Part shown: positions 37,602 to 48,958 of the stretch, in pieces | Numbering within the stretch: the stretch's first letter is position 1 | Layout: each line of letters starts with the position of its first letter | From: Chloroflexota bacterium | GTDB lineage: Bacteria > Chloroflexota > Chloroflexia > Thermomicrobiales > UBA6265 | Direction of reading: 5' to 3' | Length of the DNA: 64,000 nucleotides | NCBI GenBank assembly: GCA_023389575.1 | Contig: JAEWEG010000014.1 | Location: 20,564-84,563 of the forward strand | Translations under genes and position numbers: made by a program | Notes under the pieces: generated by a model | The model's input: the letters and a program-made list of their open reading frames with translations, nothing else | Told to the model about the DNA's origin: nothing | The model's database searches: none

Positions 37602-40457
37602 TTACCCGCCGAGCGGGAAGGCGAACGCCTGCACTTCACCGGCTTCCGTCTCGAACGAGATCAGCAAGGTGGCCGGGCCGGAGACGTTCAGACCGCCCAC
37701 GGTGACCTCCTTCTTGCCGACAAAGACCTCGTCCTGACCCTGGTCGACGATGGTGCCGTCGTCCTGCACGACGAAGTAGTTCACCGTGCCGTTCGACGCC
37801 GCCTCGAAGGCGACCATCAGGTTACTGCCCGCCAGGGTCGGCTCCCGGAGGAACGTGAGGCCCAACCCATCCGGCACCGGGGTCCGTCCCGCGAGCGGCA
37901 CGCCGTCGGCCACCGATTGGGCAATGGAGAGCGGCGACTGGGTGCTCTGGGCGACATCGAGCGGCATGATCGGCTCGTCGAGCTGGGCGGTTTCCGCCAC
38001 CGGCGTCGCGCCTTCAGCCACTGGGGTGGCGGCATCCGCGACCGGAGACGCTTCCGCGCCCGCGAAGCCTTCGAGCGTGATCTGGCCCCAGCGATACGGA
38101 TCGCCCTGGACGCCATTCCAGGTGGACCAGCCGAGCCGGGTCTGGCCGGTCAGGTCCTCGGTGTCCGAGTCATAGATGAAGATGTTCAGCGCGGCGTTGT
38201 TCGGGTCAATATCGGCGGGCAGCGACTCGAACGGGATGAACGTTTCGAGCACGTAACCCGTGTACGGCTCGGTCAGGGTGCTGGCGACCTCGAACCCAGG
38301 CGCGGTTTCGGAGACCGGCCCCTGCCAGGCGTCGGCATCGCGGTACGCCTGCGGCGAGCCGTCGGTTGAGGTCGGGAAGACGCCGACCTTAAACGTGGCC
38401 GAGGTGTTCGGCGCGGTGCCAAGCGGATCGATCGCGATTTCGACGGAGTCGGTTCGCCAGTGTCGCTTGGCGTCTTCCGGCGTCAGGATCGTGCCGAGCG
38501 TGTCGTCGTTCACCTCCACGGCCACGTAGAGGCCGTCCTCGGACCACGAGACCCAGGCGCTACCAGAGGCGTCGCCTTCGCCTTCGAGTTCCTGGCCCTC
38601 CCAAATGCGGCTCAGGTCGAGCGTCTCGCCCGTGTACTCACCGTCGGCGAGGGTGCCATCCACCACGATGTCCGCGCCGGCTTGCGGCACGCTGGCGACC
38701 GGGACCAGGTTCAGCCCGGCGTTGGTGGTGGACGATCCAGCGGCGGATTCGGTGGTGACGGTAAACGCGTAGGTGCCGCCCTCGCCGCCTTCATTGGACG
38801 TGGCGAGCGAGGCATCGGTATTGGTGACCGTGAACTGGACGGTGGACGACTCGTTGGCTTCCAGGTCGTAGGTGACCTCGGCCGGATCGGCGGAAAAGCC
38901 TTCCGGCAACGCAAGGGTGACGGAACCAGACTGGGCCTCGCCGGTGTTGTTAGTGACATTGACATCGAGGTCAGCCGTGCCGCCACTGCCAATCGCGGCG
39001 AACGGAAGGATCAGGCTGTTCAGCTGTGGCTGGCCGGTCTCGGCGGTCCAATCCTGGAACTGGGCGATTTCCGAGCGTGGAGCGAGCACCCCAGACACGG
39101 CCGGCGCGATCTGCACCACCTCATTGGTGACGCCGATGCCGCCATCGACCGCGAATGACGCGCCGATGCGATACCGGGCACCCGCCTGGGCATCGGCGGC
39201 GGGAATGATCGTGAAGTCCTGGGTGATGGTACCGTCCTCGGCGACGGTGTAGGCCGGTCCAGCCTCTGGATCGGCCTGCTGTTCGGCGAGCGCCTCGGCT
39301 TCGACGATTTCCCATCCGGTGGGGGCAATCAGGTCGAAGGCCGAGCCGGATACATCGAACCCTTCGGGCACACGCGCCGTGGCGGTGACCGTGAACTCGG
39401 TGCCGGGCAGCACATCGAACGCGCTGGTGGTCAGGTAGAACTGGGTGCCGAGTGGCAGACCAAGGCTGTTCTCGATCACCGCGTTCTCGAGCATCGCGGT
39501 GGTGCGGGCCGGGTTCGTGGAAATGGCGACCCGGGTGTCGATCAGGGTGAAGTAGTTGCAGGCTATCTCCGCTGGATCTGATGGCGCGTCCGGGAACACC
39601 GCCCATCCCTGGGAGGCGTAGGTGCGCTGGCCGTCGCGAGCCACCTCACCCCAGCTTCGGCCGCCGTTGGCCTCGGAAATGGTTCCTTGCCAGACACCGA
39701 AGATGGTCTGGGTCGGATCGGCCGGCACGAACGAGGTCGCGCAGGATTCGCCCGGTGTCGACTCGACCGCGGCGCCGTTCTGGTAGATGCTGCCAACGCT
39801 CCAGGCGTCGAAGCCTTCGTTGGTGATCTGATGCGGGAACCGATCAGGATCGGCGGCGGCATCGAACGCGTCGATGGCCAGCCGGGCCGCGACCTGGTGA
39901 TGCCCGTGATTGCCCGGTGTCGGGGCGGGGCTCATCGTGATGATGACATCCGGCGTGGTGGCGCGCACCACGCGGACCACGCGCTCCAGCGTGTCCTCGT
40001 AATCCCAGGTCTGGATCGTGAGCGGCGCGCTCACCGTGTAGTAGAAGTCGACCTTGTCCAAGTTATAGATGTGGTCGATACCGGCGACGCTAACCGCGGC
40101 GCGCTCCTCGGCCTCACGGAGCAGGCCAAGCGCGGGTCCCTCTTCGGTGCCGACGGCGTTTCCGCCGCCCTCGCCGCGGGTGACGGTGATGACGCCCGTG
40201 GTGACATCATCGAACTCGTTCCACTGCCCGTAGGCGGCCAGCCCGAACGCCTCGTCGTCCGGGTGCGCCCCGACGAACAGCACATCGAGGTCCACCTCGC
40301 CCGGCGTCGCGGCCTGGTCTCCACCCACCGGGGTGGCCTCGGGCGCGACCGGGCTGGCTGACGGTGTCGCCTGCTGGGCGACCACCGGAGCTACCAGCGA
40401 GCCAAACAGCATGGCAAGCACGACCAGCCATGAGCCGAATAAACGACGCGTGCGCAT
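37602..40457 (-). CDS. Secreted multidomain PIG-L/LmbE-family deacetylase with Ig-like (NEW3-like) repeats and a CBM9-like module
   Basis: Signal peptide MRTRRLFGSWLVVLAMLFGSLVAPVVAQQ. PIG-L motifs VGAHPDDE and GNHGHHQ. The later domains are assigned tentatively by sequence style. ATG 40457 has a GGAGGGG RBS. Confidence 0.7.
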   Translation of the reverse strand: MRTRRLFGSWLVVLAMLFGSLVAPVVAQQATPSASPVAPEATPVGGDQAATPGEVDLDVLFVGAHPDDEAFGLAAYGQWNEFDDVTTGVITVTRGEGGGNAVGTEEGPALGLLREAEERAAVSVAGIDHIYNLDKVDFYYTVSAPLTIQTWDYEDTLERVVRVVRATTPDVIITMSPAPTPGNHGHHQVAARLAIDAFDAAADPDRFPHQITNEGFDAWSVGSIYQNGAAVESTPGESCATSFVPADPTQTIFGVWQGTISEANGGRSWGEVARDGQRTYASQGWAVFPDAPSDPAEIACNYFTLIDTRVAISTNPARTTAMLENAVIENSLGLPLGTQFYLTTSAFDVLPGTEFTVTATARVPEGFDVSGSAFDLIAPTGWEIVEAEALAEQQADPEAGPAYTVAEDGTITQDFTIIPAADAQAGARYRIGASFAVDGGIGVTNEVVQIAPAVSGVLAPRSEIAQFQDWTAETGQPQLNSLILPFAAIGSGGTADLDVNVTNNTGEAQSGSVTLALPEGFSADPAEVTYDLEANESSTVQFTVTNTDASLATSNEGGEGGTYAFTVTTESAAGSSTTNAGLNLVPVASVPQAGADIVVDGTLADGEYTGETLDLSRIWEGQELEGEGDASGSAWVSWSEDGLYVAVEVNDDTLGTILTPEDAKRHWRTDSVEIAIDPLGTAPNTSATFKVGVFPTSTDGSPQAYRDADAWQGPVSETAPGFEVASTLTEPYTGYVLETFIPFESLPADIDPNNAALNIFIYDSDTEDLTGQTRLGWSTWNGVQGDPYRWGQITLEGFAGAEASPVADAATPVAEGATPVAETAQLDEPIMPLDVAQSTQSPLSIAQSVADGVPLAGRTPVPDGLGLTFLREPTLAGSNLMVAFEAASNGTVNYFVVQDDGTIVDQGQDEVFVGKKEVTVGGLNVSGPATLLISFETEAGEVQAFAFPLGG

Positions 40458-40575
40458 ACGGGTCCCCTCCACGTGAACAATCCACCTACTTTTCATGAGT
40501 ACACCAAACCACACCCCCCGCCGTTGGGCAAGAGGGGGACTGTCCAAATGTCCGGGAATGCCAAGGCGACGGGCG

Positions 40576-41394
40576 TCAGCCCTTGAGCGCGCCCTCGGTG
40601 AGGCCCGCGATGAGTTGCTTCTGGAACAGCAGGAAGATGATGATCAGCGGCAGGAAGATGATCGTCGCGCCGGCGGCCACCAGCGGAACGTTTGAGGTCC
40701 AACGTTGCTGGAAGTACAGGATGCCGACCGGCAGGGTGTGATAGTCGGGATCGATGTTGACCACCAGCGGGAGCAGGAACTCGTTCCAGGTCCAGATAAA
40801 GAACAACAGGCCAAGGGTGCCGATCATGGGGCGAGCCAGCGGGAACATCACCTGCCACAGGGTTTGCCAGGAATTCGCGCCGTCGAGCGTTGCCGCCTCC
40901 GAGATGTCGCGAGGGATACCGGCGAAGGCCTGCCGCATCAGCAAGGTGCCGAAGGACATGGACAGCGCGATCTGGGGCAGGATCAGCGCCCACAGCGAGT
41001 CGAGCAGGTTGAGTTCCCGCACCAGGTAGAACAGGGGAATGACGAGCGCCTGCAGCGGCACCACCAGTCCCAGCAGGAGGTAGGCGAACAGGGCCGTGGA
41101 ACCCCGGAACCGGTACCGGGCGAAGGCATAGCCGCTCATGGCGGAAAACATCACTGACGGAATGACCACGGCGAAGGCGACGACCGTGCTGTTGAGGAAG
41201 AAGCGATCGAAGCGGCCAATGCGCCAGGCGTCTGCGTAGTTGGACCAGACCGGACTCTCCGGAAAGGCGAACACATCCTGCACGATCTCCGGCATCGTCT
41301 TGATCGAAGCCAGCGACGTGATCAGGAAAGGGATGATCGCCACCGCGCACCCAATGACCAGGAACAGGTAGACGGCGGTTCGCCTAATCATCAC
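40576..41394 (-). CDS. Carbohydrate ABC transporter permease (MalG-like)
   Basis: Six TM helices and an EAA loop (EAATLDGANSWQTLWQVMFPLARP). Confidence 0.85.
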   Translation of the reverse strand: MMIRRTAVYLFLVIGCAVAIIPFLITSLASIKTMPEIVQDVFAFPESPVWSNYADAWRIGRFDRFFLNSTVVAFAVVIPSVMFSAMSGYAFARYRFRGSTALFAYLLLGLVVPLQALVIPLFYLVRELNLLDSLWALILPQIALSMSFGTLLMRQAFAGIPRDISEAATLDGANSWQTLWQVMFPLARPMIGTLGLLFFIWTWNEFLLPLVVNIDPDYHTLPVGILYFQQRWTSNVPLVAAGATIIFLPLIIIFLLFQKQLIAGLTEGALKG

Positions 41395-42334
41395 GGTCCT
41401 CGAACAGTTTCAATACCAGGAGCGACAACACGAGTGTGATGAGCGCGAGGAAGATGGCGATGGCGATACCATAGCCAGCCCGGTTGCTGCCGAACGCGCT
41501 GTTCATCATGTAGAGCGCGAGCACGGAGGTGGCGTCGCCCGGACCGCCGTCCGTGGTCGCCTTGATCACGTCGTAGGCACGCAGGGCGTTGATCAGGTTC
41601 ACGGAGAGGACAACCGCGATTTCGCGACGCAGGCCGGGGAGCGTGACCGCCCGGAACTCCTGCCAGCTATTGGCGCCGTCGAGCCGTGCGGCGTCGTACA
41701 ACTCGCTCGGGATCTTCTGGATACCCGCCACGAACACCACGTAACAGAACCCGTACGCGGCCCAGGCACCGATGAAGCCGATGGTCGGCAACGCCCAGGT
41801 GAAATCCGCCAGCCAGGTCGGCGGCTTGAACCCAAAGTCCTTGAGCACGCTGTTGACCGGCCCGAACACCGGATTCAGCATCCAGCGCCAGACCACTCCG
41901 AGCAACACCCCGGGCATGATGTAGGGCAGGAACAGGCCAGCCTGGAAAATGCCTGAGCCCCGGATTTGCATCTGGTGAACCAGGGCGGCCGGAATCAGGC
42001 CCAGGATGGTGGGCAGGATCACGAAGTACGGGATGAGGACGAGGTTGTTGCGAAAGGCGTTCCAGAACCGCGCCTCGCTGAAGGCATCGACGTAGTTGTC
42101 GAAGCCGACGAAGGTCGCGGTGTTCCAGGAGACGCCGTTCCAGGCGGTGAGGCTCAGGTAGAGCGCGGCCGCCACGGGAAGGGCCACGAAGAGGGTGAAG
42201 ACGATCAGGGCCGGGGCCAGGTACAGGTATGGCTCCCAGACGTGACCGGACCGCCCACCCCGGGACGACGAGGAGCCGACCGCGATGGCCGGCTCCTGGT
42301 CAGGGATCGAAGCGCTACTCGAAGGAAGCTGCAT
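41384..42334 (-). CDS. Carbohydrate ABC transporter permease (MalF-like)
   Basis: TM protein with an EAA loop (DAARLDGANSWQEFRAVTLPGLR). Confidence 0.85.
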   Translation of the reverse strand: MQLPSSSASIPDQEPAIAVGSSSSRGGRSGHVWEPYLYLAPALIVFTLFVALPVAAALYLSLTAWNGVSWNTATFVGFDNYVDAFSEARFWNAFRNNLVLIPYFVILPTILGLIPAALVHQMQIRGSGIFQAGLFLPYIMPGVLLGVVWRWMLNPVFGPVNSVLKDFGFKPPTWLADFTWALPTIGFIGAWAAYGFCYVVFVAGIQKIPSELYDAARLDGANSWQEFRAVTLPGLRREIAVVLSVNLINALRAYDVIKATTDGGPGDATSVLALYMMNSAFGSNRAGYGIAIAIFLALITLVLSLLVLKLFEDRDD

Positions 42335-43634
42335 AGAAGTCCTGCAGCGTGGTCTGGAACTCCTCGGCGGTTACCTGACCACCAAGCAGTTCCTGCAGGG
42401 CACCCGTGATGACATCGTAGAAGTCAGGCGCGGCCCAGTCCATGTAATGCCCCACGGCATCATCGGCCAGCGCGCCGTTCCAGGCGGCGTACATTTCGCC
42501 ATCGACCGTGCCCTCGGTGATGAGGTCGGCCGGGATTTCGCCGAGCGGCAGGGTGCCGGACTCGATGAACCGGGCGAACGATTCCTCGGTCACCAGCGAG
42601 TCGATGAACGAGGCGGCCACGGCCGGGTCGGCCGCGTTGGTGGTGATGCTGAACGGGATGCCAACACCGCCGACGTGCAGCACGGGAACATCCTCGGAGG
42701 CGCGCGGCATCAGGAAGAAGCCAGCGTTCTCGCCGAGGCTGTCGCGCACGGCGCCCGCCGCCCAGCTCCCCTGGAGCAATAGGCCGCCGACACCGGTCTG
42801 GAAGAGGGCCTGGGCATCATCACCGGAGAGGCCATCGTAGCCCTCCATGAAGTAGCCAGCCTCGCCCCACTCGATCACCTTGTTGGCGGCGTCGAGAATC
42901 GACTGATCGGTGAAGTCGGCGTCGCCGCGTCGATAGATCAGGCCATCGAGGTATTCGCGAGTGGTGTTGGTTCCCTGTATCTCACCGAAGAGGTGAATGG
43001 CCTGCCACTTGTCGAGCGTGCCGAAGACCAGCGGTTCGACACCGGCCTCACGAAGCGCCGCGAGCAGCTCCTCGAACTCGGCGAAGGTGGTCGGAACCGA
43101 GAGGCCGTTATCGGCGAAAATTTGCTTGTTGTAATAGAAACCGACGATCTCGGACTCGGCCGGGAGGCCCCACAGCTCGCCCTCACCGAACGTCGTGCCA
43201 TCCGGCGTGTACATGCAGCGAGCGAGCAGGCTTTCGGCGAACCGGTCATTCCAGCCGAACTCCGTGGCGTACTCCGCCAGGCTCACGATCTGGCCGCCGC
43301 GGATCATCGGTCCGGCGAGGGCCTCGCCGTTGTTCACCTGGGAGACGGCCGGTCCCTGGTCGCTGTCGACCGAGCGCGGGAGCGTCGACTGCAGTTCCTC
43401 AAGTGCCCACGACCGATGCGAGAACGTCACGCCGTTGGCCTCGGCGAACGTGGCGCCGATGTCCTCGACGATGCCGGTCCGAATCTCGTCGGTGTATGTC
43501 GACCAGACTTCGAACTCCTCGGCCTGCGCGGCGACGGCCGCCACGCCGAGTCCGGCAACCGGAATCGAGCCGCCGGCGAGCGCCGCGCCAGCGGTCACCG
43601 CCCCCGTGCGCTTGATAAGATCACGCCTGTCCAT
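42315..43634 (-). CDS. Extracellular sugar-binding protein of the ABC transporter (twin-arginine signal)
   Basis: MDRRDLIKRTGAVTAGAALAGG Tat-type leader and a family-1 SBP-like body. Confidence 0.85.
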   Translation of the reverse strand: MDRRDLIKRTGAVTAGAALAGGSIPVAGLGVAAVAAQAEEFEVWSTYTDEIRTGIVEDIGATFAEANGVTFSHRSWALEELQSTLPRSVDSDQGPAVSQVNNGEALAGPMIRGGQIVSLAEYATEFGWNDRFAESLLARCMYTPDGTTFGEGELWGLPAESEIVGFYYNKQIFADNGLSVPTTFAEFEELLAALREAGVEPLVFGTLDKWQAIHLFGEIQGTNTTREYLDGLIYRRGDADFTDQSILDAANKVIEWGEAGYFMEGYDGLSGDDAQALFQTGVGGLLLQGSWAAGAVRDSLGENAGFFLMPRASEDVPVLHVGGVGIPFSITTNAADPAVAASFIDSLVTEESFARFIESGTLPLGEIPADLITEGTVDGEMYAAWNGALADDAVGHYMDWAAPDFYDVITGALQELLGGQVTAEEFQTTLQDFYAASFE

Positions 43635-43808
43635 GAGATGAACTCCTGCTACTAGCCTGTGCGAATGCCGTTATGGTCCCACGCAACACGCTGGAGCCCG
43701 AAAGGGCTATAAAACGCCTGTCATGACTGCATAATGTCATATGGTCATCTTTGCCGCAACACGATTGGGCAGGGGCACCGGGCCTCCGTGACGGAGGTGC
43801 CGGGATGG

Positions 43809-45953
43809 TCAATCCTGCTCGTCCTCGGGCCCGTCGTCCCCCGGCTCGGCGGGCGGCTCGTCGGAGATCACGGACTCCAGCGCCTCGTTCGTGAGCGTCA
43901 GCACCTTGAGCGAGAGGCTCACCAGGTACCCCCGATCGGTCACGCGCTCCAGGTCCAATGGCACGATGGATGGGTGCCCCACGTTGCGGAAGAGCCACCG
44001 GTTGACGATGTTCGCCTCATCGGCGCCATGGTGGTCGATCGGGGCATGGCTGGACGCGGCGTAGCGCTCCATGATCGGCAGGAGCCGGTCGGAGAGGTCG
44101 TTCACGCGCAGTCCGTCCACCACCATCACTTCGTCACCGGGGAGCCGCCCCGGCGTGGCGATGGAAACTTCGTCTTCCACGGGCGGTGGCACCAGATCGT
44201 CCGGCATGGCCTCGATCTCGATCTCGGGAATGCGCCTGACGCGCAATTGCGCCCAGATGCGCCCGCCGAGGATCACCATCACCTCACGGGCGTCTTCATC
44301 GGCCGATGCCTGCACAAGCAACAGATTGTGCGTGTGTTCCGCCGTCCGCAACCGGTCCTGCTCCTCTATCAGGGAGAGCGCTGACTGCAAGTCTCCCCGT
44401 AACTTCCGGGCTCGTTCGAAATCAAGCTGCTGGGCCGCCTCCTCGAGGTCGCGCCACAGCCGCTCCTTCAACCCATCTTCCCTGCCATCCAGAAAATCGA
44501 CCACATCATGCACATGCGCCTGGTACTCATCGCGGATCGACTGGCCCACGCATGGTCCAAGACAGGTTCCCAAATCCAGTTTGAGGCAAGGCTTGCCGTA
44601 GCTGCGAGCCGTCTTGAACGATCGCGTGCAGGTTCGCAGCGGCACCGCGCCATTGATGACGTCGATGGTCCGGCGCGCCCCCTGCCTGCTCCGGTACGGA
44701 CCATAGTAGCGCGCACCGTCGTCCTTGCGCTCCTTGACCAGTGAGACACGTGGCCAGGGATTGGCGATGTCCACGCGGATATAGGGATAGTGCTCGAACG
44801 AGCGCATGGCGGTGTTGTAGCGCGGCTGGTAGCGATGGATGAGTTGCGATTCCAGGATCAGGGCCTGGAGTTCGGTGCCGACGACCACGGTCTCGATCCG
44901 CGACATGGTCTCAACGAGGCCATCCATCTTGCGGGTGTAGCCAAGCGGCTCGGAATAGTAGGAAGAGAGCCGTTCGCGCAGGTTCTTGGCCTTACCAACG
45001 TAGATGATCTCGTCCTGCTGGCCATGCATGATGTAGACGCCGGGCTTCCGCGGCACGTCCTTCAACCAGGCGCGATCCAGAACCGAGCGGGCGCGCCCGA
45101 CATGGTCACGCGGGCGATCGACGGCCGGCGCGCCTCCCGCCTTCAGGTCGTCCAGCGACGACACTCCCGTCTTCGAGGCGATTTCAACCAGTCGTAGCGC
45201 CACCTCGGCGGTCAGTTCGGCGTCGCGGCCGGCGCGGTGAATGTCACGCGGCCGGAGGCCGACCGCCGAGGCCACGCGATCGAGGCTCGGCTTGCGGACC
45301 TGCTTGAGGTAGCGCATCGCCAGGGTGAGCGTGTCGATCCGTTCGTTGACCAGTTTTTCGTGCCCGGCGCGCTTGAGCTCGCTATTGATGAACGAAAGAT
45401 CGAACCGGATGTTGTGACCTACAAGGGTTGCGTCGCCGATGAACTCGATGACCTGTTCCGCGACTTCCTCGAATGGCGGAACGAACTCGAGGTCTTCATC
45501 CCGGATGCCGGTGAGCTCGACGATGAAGCGAGGAAGCTCTCGGCCCGGATTGACCAGCGTCTCGTAGCGCTCGGAAAGGCGGCCGCCCTGGTAGCGGTAG
45601 AGGGCGATTTCGATGATCCGGTTGCGAACCGGCTTGAGTCCCGTGGTTTCGACATCGATCGCCACGAAGTCGTCGAGGATGGTTTCCCCATCGACAGTCG
45701 TCTCGCGGACGAGCGCCCAATGGTCGTTGACCAGCACCACCTGCTCTGCTTCGCTGGCGAGGATGCCGCGCAGGAGTGGCTTCCAGATCGCCGTGGAGCC
45801 GTTGTTGCCGAACACGTGACCGATGAGGCGGTCTTCGTGGACGGAGCCGCCGTTGGCGCGGATGAACTCCAGTGCACGGTCGCACAGGGCATTGTAGCGA
45901 ACGTCTGGCGAGGGGTTTTGCACCATGGTGAATTGTTCCGAGCGAGGACGCAT
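43809..45953 (-). CDS. DEDDh (DnaQ-like) 3'-5' exonuclease fused to a UvrC/Cho-like GIY-YIG nuclease
   Basis: Exo motifs FVAIDVETTGL, VGHNIRFDLSF and HRAGRDA. GIY-YIG motif PGVYIMHGQQDEIIYVGKAKNLRERL. UVR-like FERARKLRGDLQSAL. Unassigned regions of ~130 aa at the N-terminus and ~170 aa at the C-terminus. The start is uncertain (45953, 45926 or 45965). Confidence 0.75.
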   Translation of the reverse strand: MRPRSEQFTMVQNPSPDVRYNALCDRALEFIRANGGSVHEDRLIGHVFGNNGSTAIWKPLLRGILASEAEQVVLVNDHWALVRETTVDGETILDDFVAIDVETTGLKPVRNRIIEIALYRYQGGRLSERYETLVNPGRELPRFIVELTGIRDEDLEFVPPFEEVAEQVIEFIGDATLVGHNIRFDLSFINSELKRAGHEKLVNERIDTLTLAMRYLKQVRKPSLDRVASAVGLRPRDIHRAGRDAELTAEVALRLVEIASKTGVSSLDDLKAGGAPAVDRPRDHVGRARSVLDRAWLKDVPRKPGVYIMHGQQDEIIYVGKAKNLRERLSSYYSEPLGYTRKMDGLVETMSRIETVVVGTELQALILESQLIHRYQPRYNTAMRSFEHYPYIRVDIANPWPRVSLVKERKDDGARYYGPYRSRQGARRTIDVINGAVPLRTCTRSFKTARSYGKPCLKLDLGTCLGPCVGQSIRDEYQAHVHDVVDFLDGREDGLKERLWRDLEEAAQQLDFERARKLRGDLQSALSLIEEQDRLRTAEHTHNLLLVQASADEDAREVMVILGGRIWAQLRVRRIPEIEIEAMPDDLVPPPVEDEVSIATPGRLPGDEVMVVDGLRVNDLSDRLLPIMERYAASSHAPIDHHGADEANIVNRWLFRNVGHPSIVPLDLERVTDRGYLVSLSLKVLTLTNEALESVISDEPPAEPGDDGPEDEQD

Positions 45954-46043
45954 GGGCGGGACCATTGGATGGGGCGGCGGAACGCGAACCGGGCCGTGAT
46001 ACACTCGACCCGGTGTACGAACACGCAAGAGATCGACATATGA

Positions 46044-48239
<2,196 letters not shown>

Positions 48240-48249
48240 AGGCGGGACA

Positions 48250-48284
48250 GGACCTACAGACCCGCTGACGCGGGCCGTAGGTCC
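48250..48284 (+). terminator. Hairpin immediately after the ligA stop (no U-tract)
   Basis: GGACCTAC..CCCGC-TGAC-GCGGG..GTAGGTCC. Confidence 0.4.
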
Positions 48285-48463
48285 GTACATTCCCGGCGCA
48301 TCTTGGCACATACCAGCTCGAGCCAGGGAAGTGACATCGCAGGAATCCCTGAAGCTCCCTACCCCAAGGGCGACAGCGAACCTGGTATGCCGCAGCGGTT
48401 CCCCCAGGTTTGCGCTCCCTTCGAACCACCGGGAGCCAGTGTCGGGAACTCCCGAGACGCAAG

Positions 48464-48498
48464 AACACCCCGGTGGCCAATGGCCGCCGGGGTGTTTT
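48464..48498. terminator. Strong hairpin with a U-tract on the plus strand; also the only hairpin downstream of rpsI
   Basis: AACACCCCGGTGGCC-AAT-GGCCGCCGGGGTGTT followed by TT. The plus strand reads GUGUUUUGA. The minus strand has an A-run before the hairpin and a weak U-run after. Confidence 0.65.
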
Positions 48499-48525
48499 GA
48501 ATCGCCAGCAACGACGAGGCGGGAA

Positions 48526-48939
48526 TTACCGCTTCGTGTACTGAGGAGCCTTGCGGGCCCGCTTGAGACCGACCTTCTTCCGCTCCTTCTCGCGCGAATC
48601 GCGCGTCAGGAGGCCGGCCGTCTTCAGCGTCGGGCGAAGATCTTCGTCCGCGTTGATGAGGGCGCGGGAAATGCCGTGGCGAATGGCGCCGGCCTGGCCG
48701 GACGAGCCGCCGCCGACAACCGTCGCGACCACATCGAAGCGCTCGGTGGTGCCGGTGGCGCGGAACGGCTCGGCCATCACGAGGTAGTGCAGTTCACGGC
48801 CACCGAAGTGCTCGCGAACCGGTTTGCCGTTGACCACGAAGTTGCCTTCGCCCGGGTAGAGGCGAACGCGGGCGACAGCCGACTTGCGCCGGCCCACGCC
48901 GTAGTAGAACTGCCCCTTGGGCATCGTAGAATCGCTCAT
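48526..48939 (-). CDS. rpsI: 30S ribosomal protein S9
   Basis: GRRK.A.ARV...GGG..GQAGA.RHGI.RAL...KKYGL.KARK..Q.SKR pattern. Confidence 0.95.
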   Translation of the reverse strand: MSDSTMPKGQFYYGVGRRKSAVARVRLYPGEGNFVVNGKPVREHFGGRELHYLVMAEPFRATGTTERFDVVATVVGGGSSGQAGAIRHGISRALINADEDLRPTLKTAGLLTRDSREKERKKVGLKRARKAPQYTKR

Positions 48940-48958
48940 TGCTTCTCCCTCCGGTCGC

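Noticed and set aside
48304-48318. Sigma-54 promoter (TGGCACATACCAGCT) in the ligA/rpsI spacer
   Set aside because: The -24 TGGCAC is present, but the -12 GC is displaced by one position and TTGC is absent. The spacing is critical for sigma-54 promoters.
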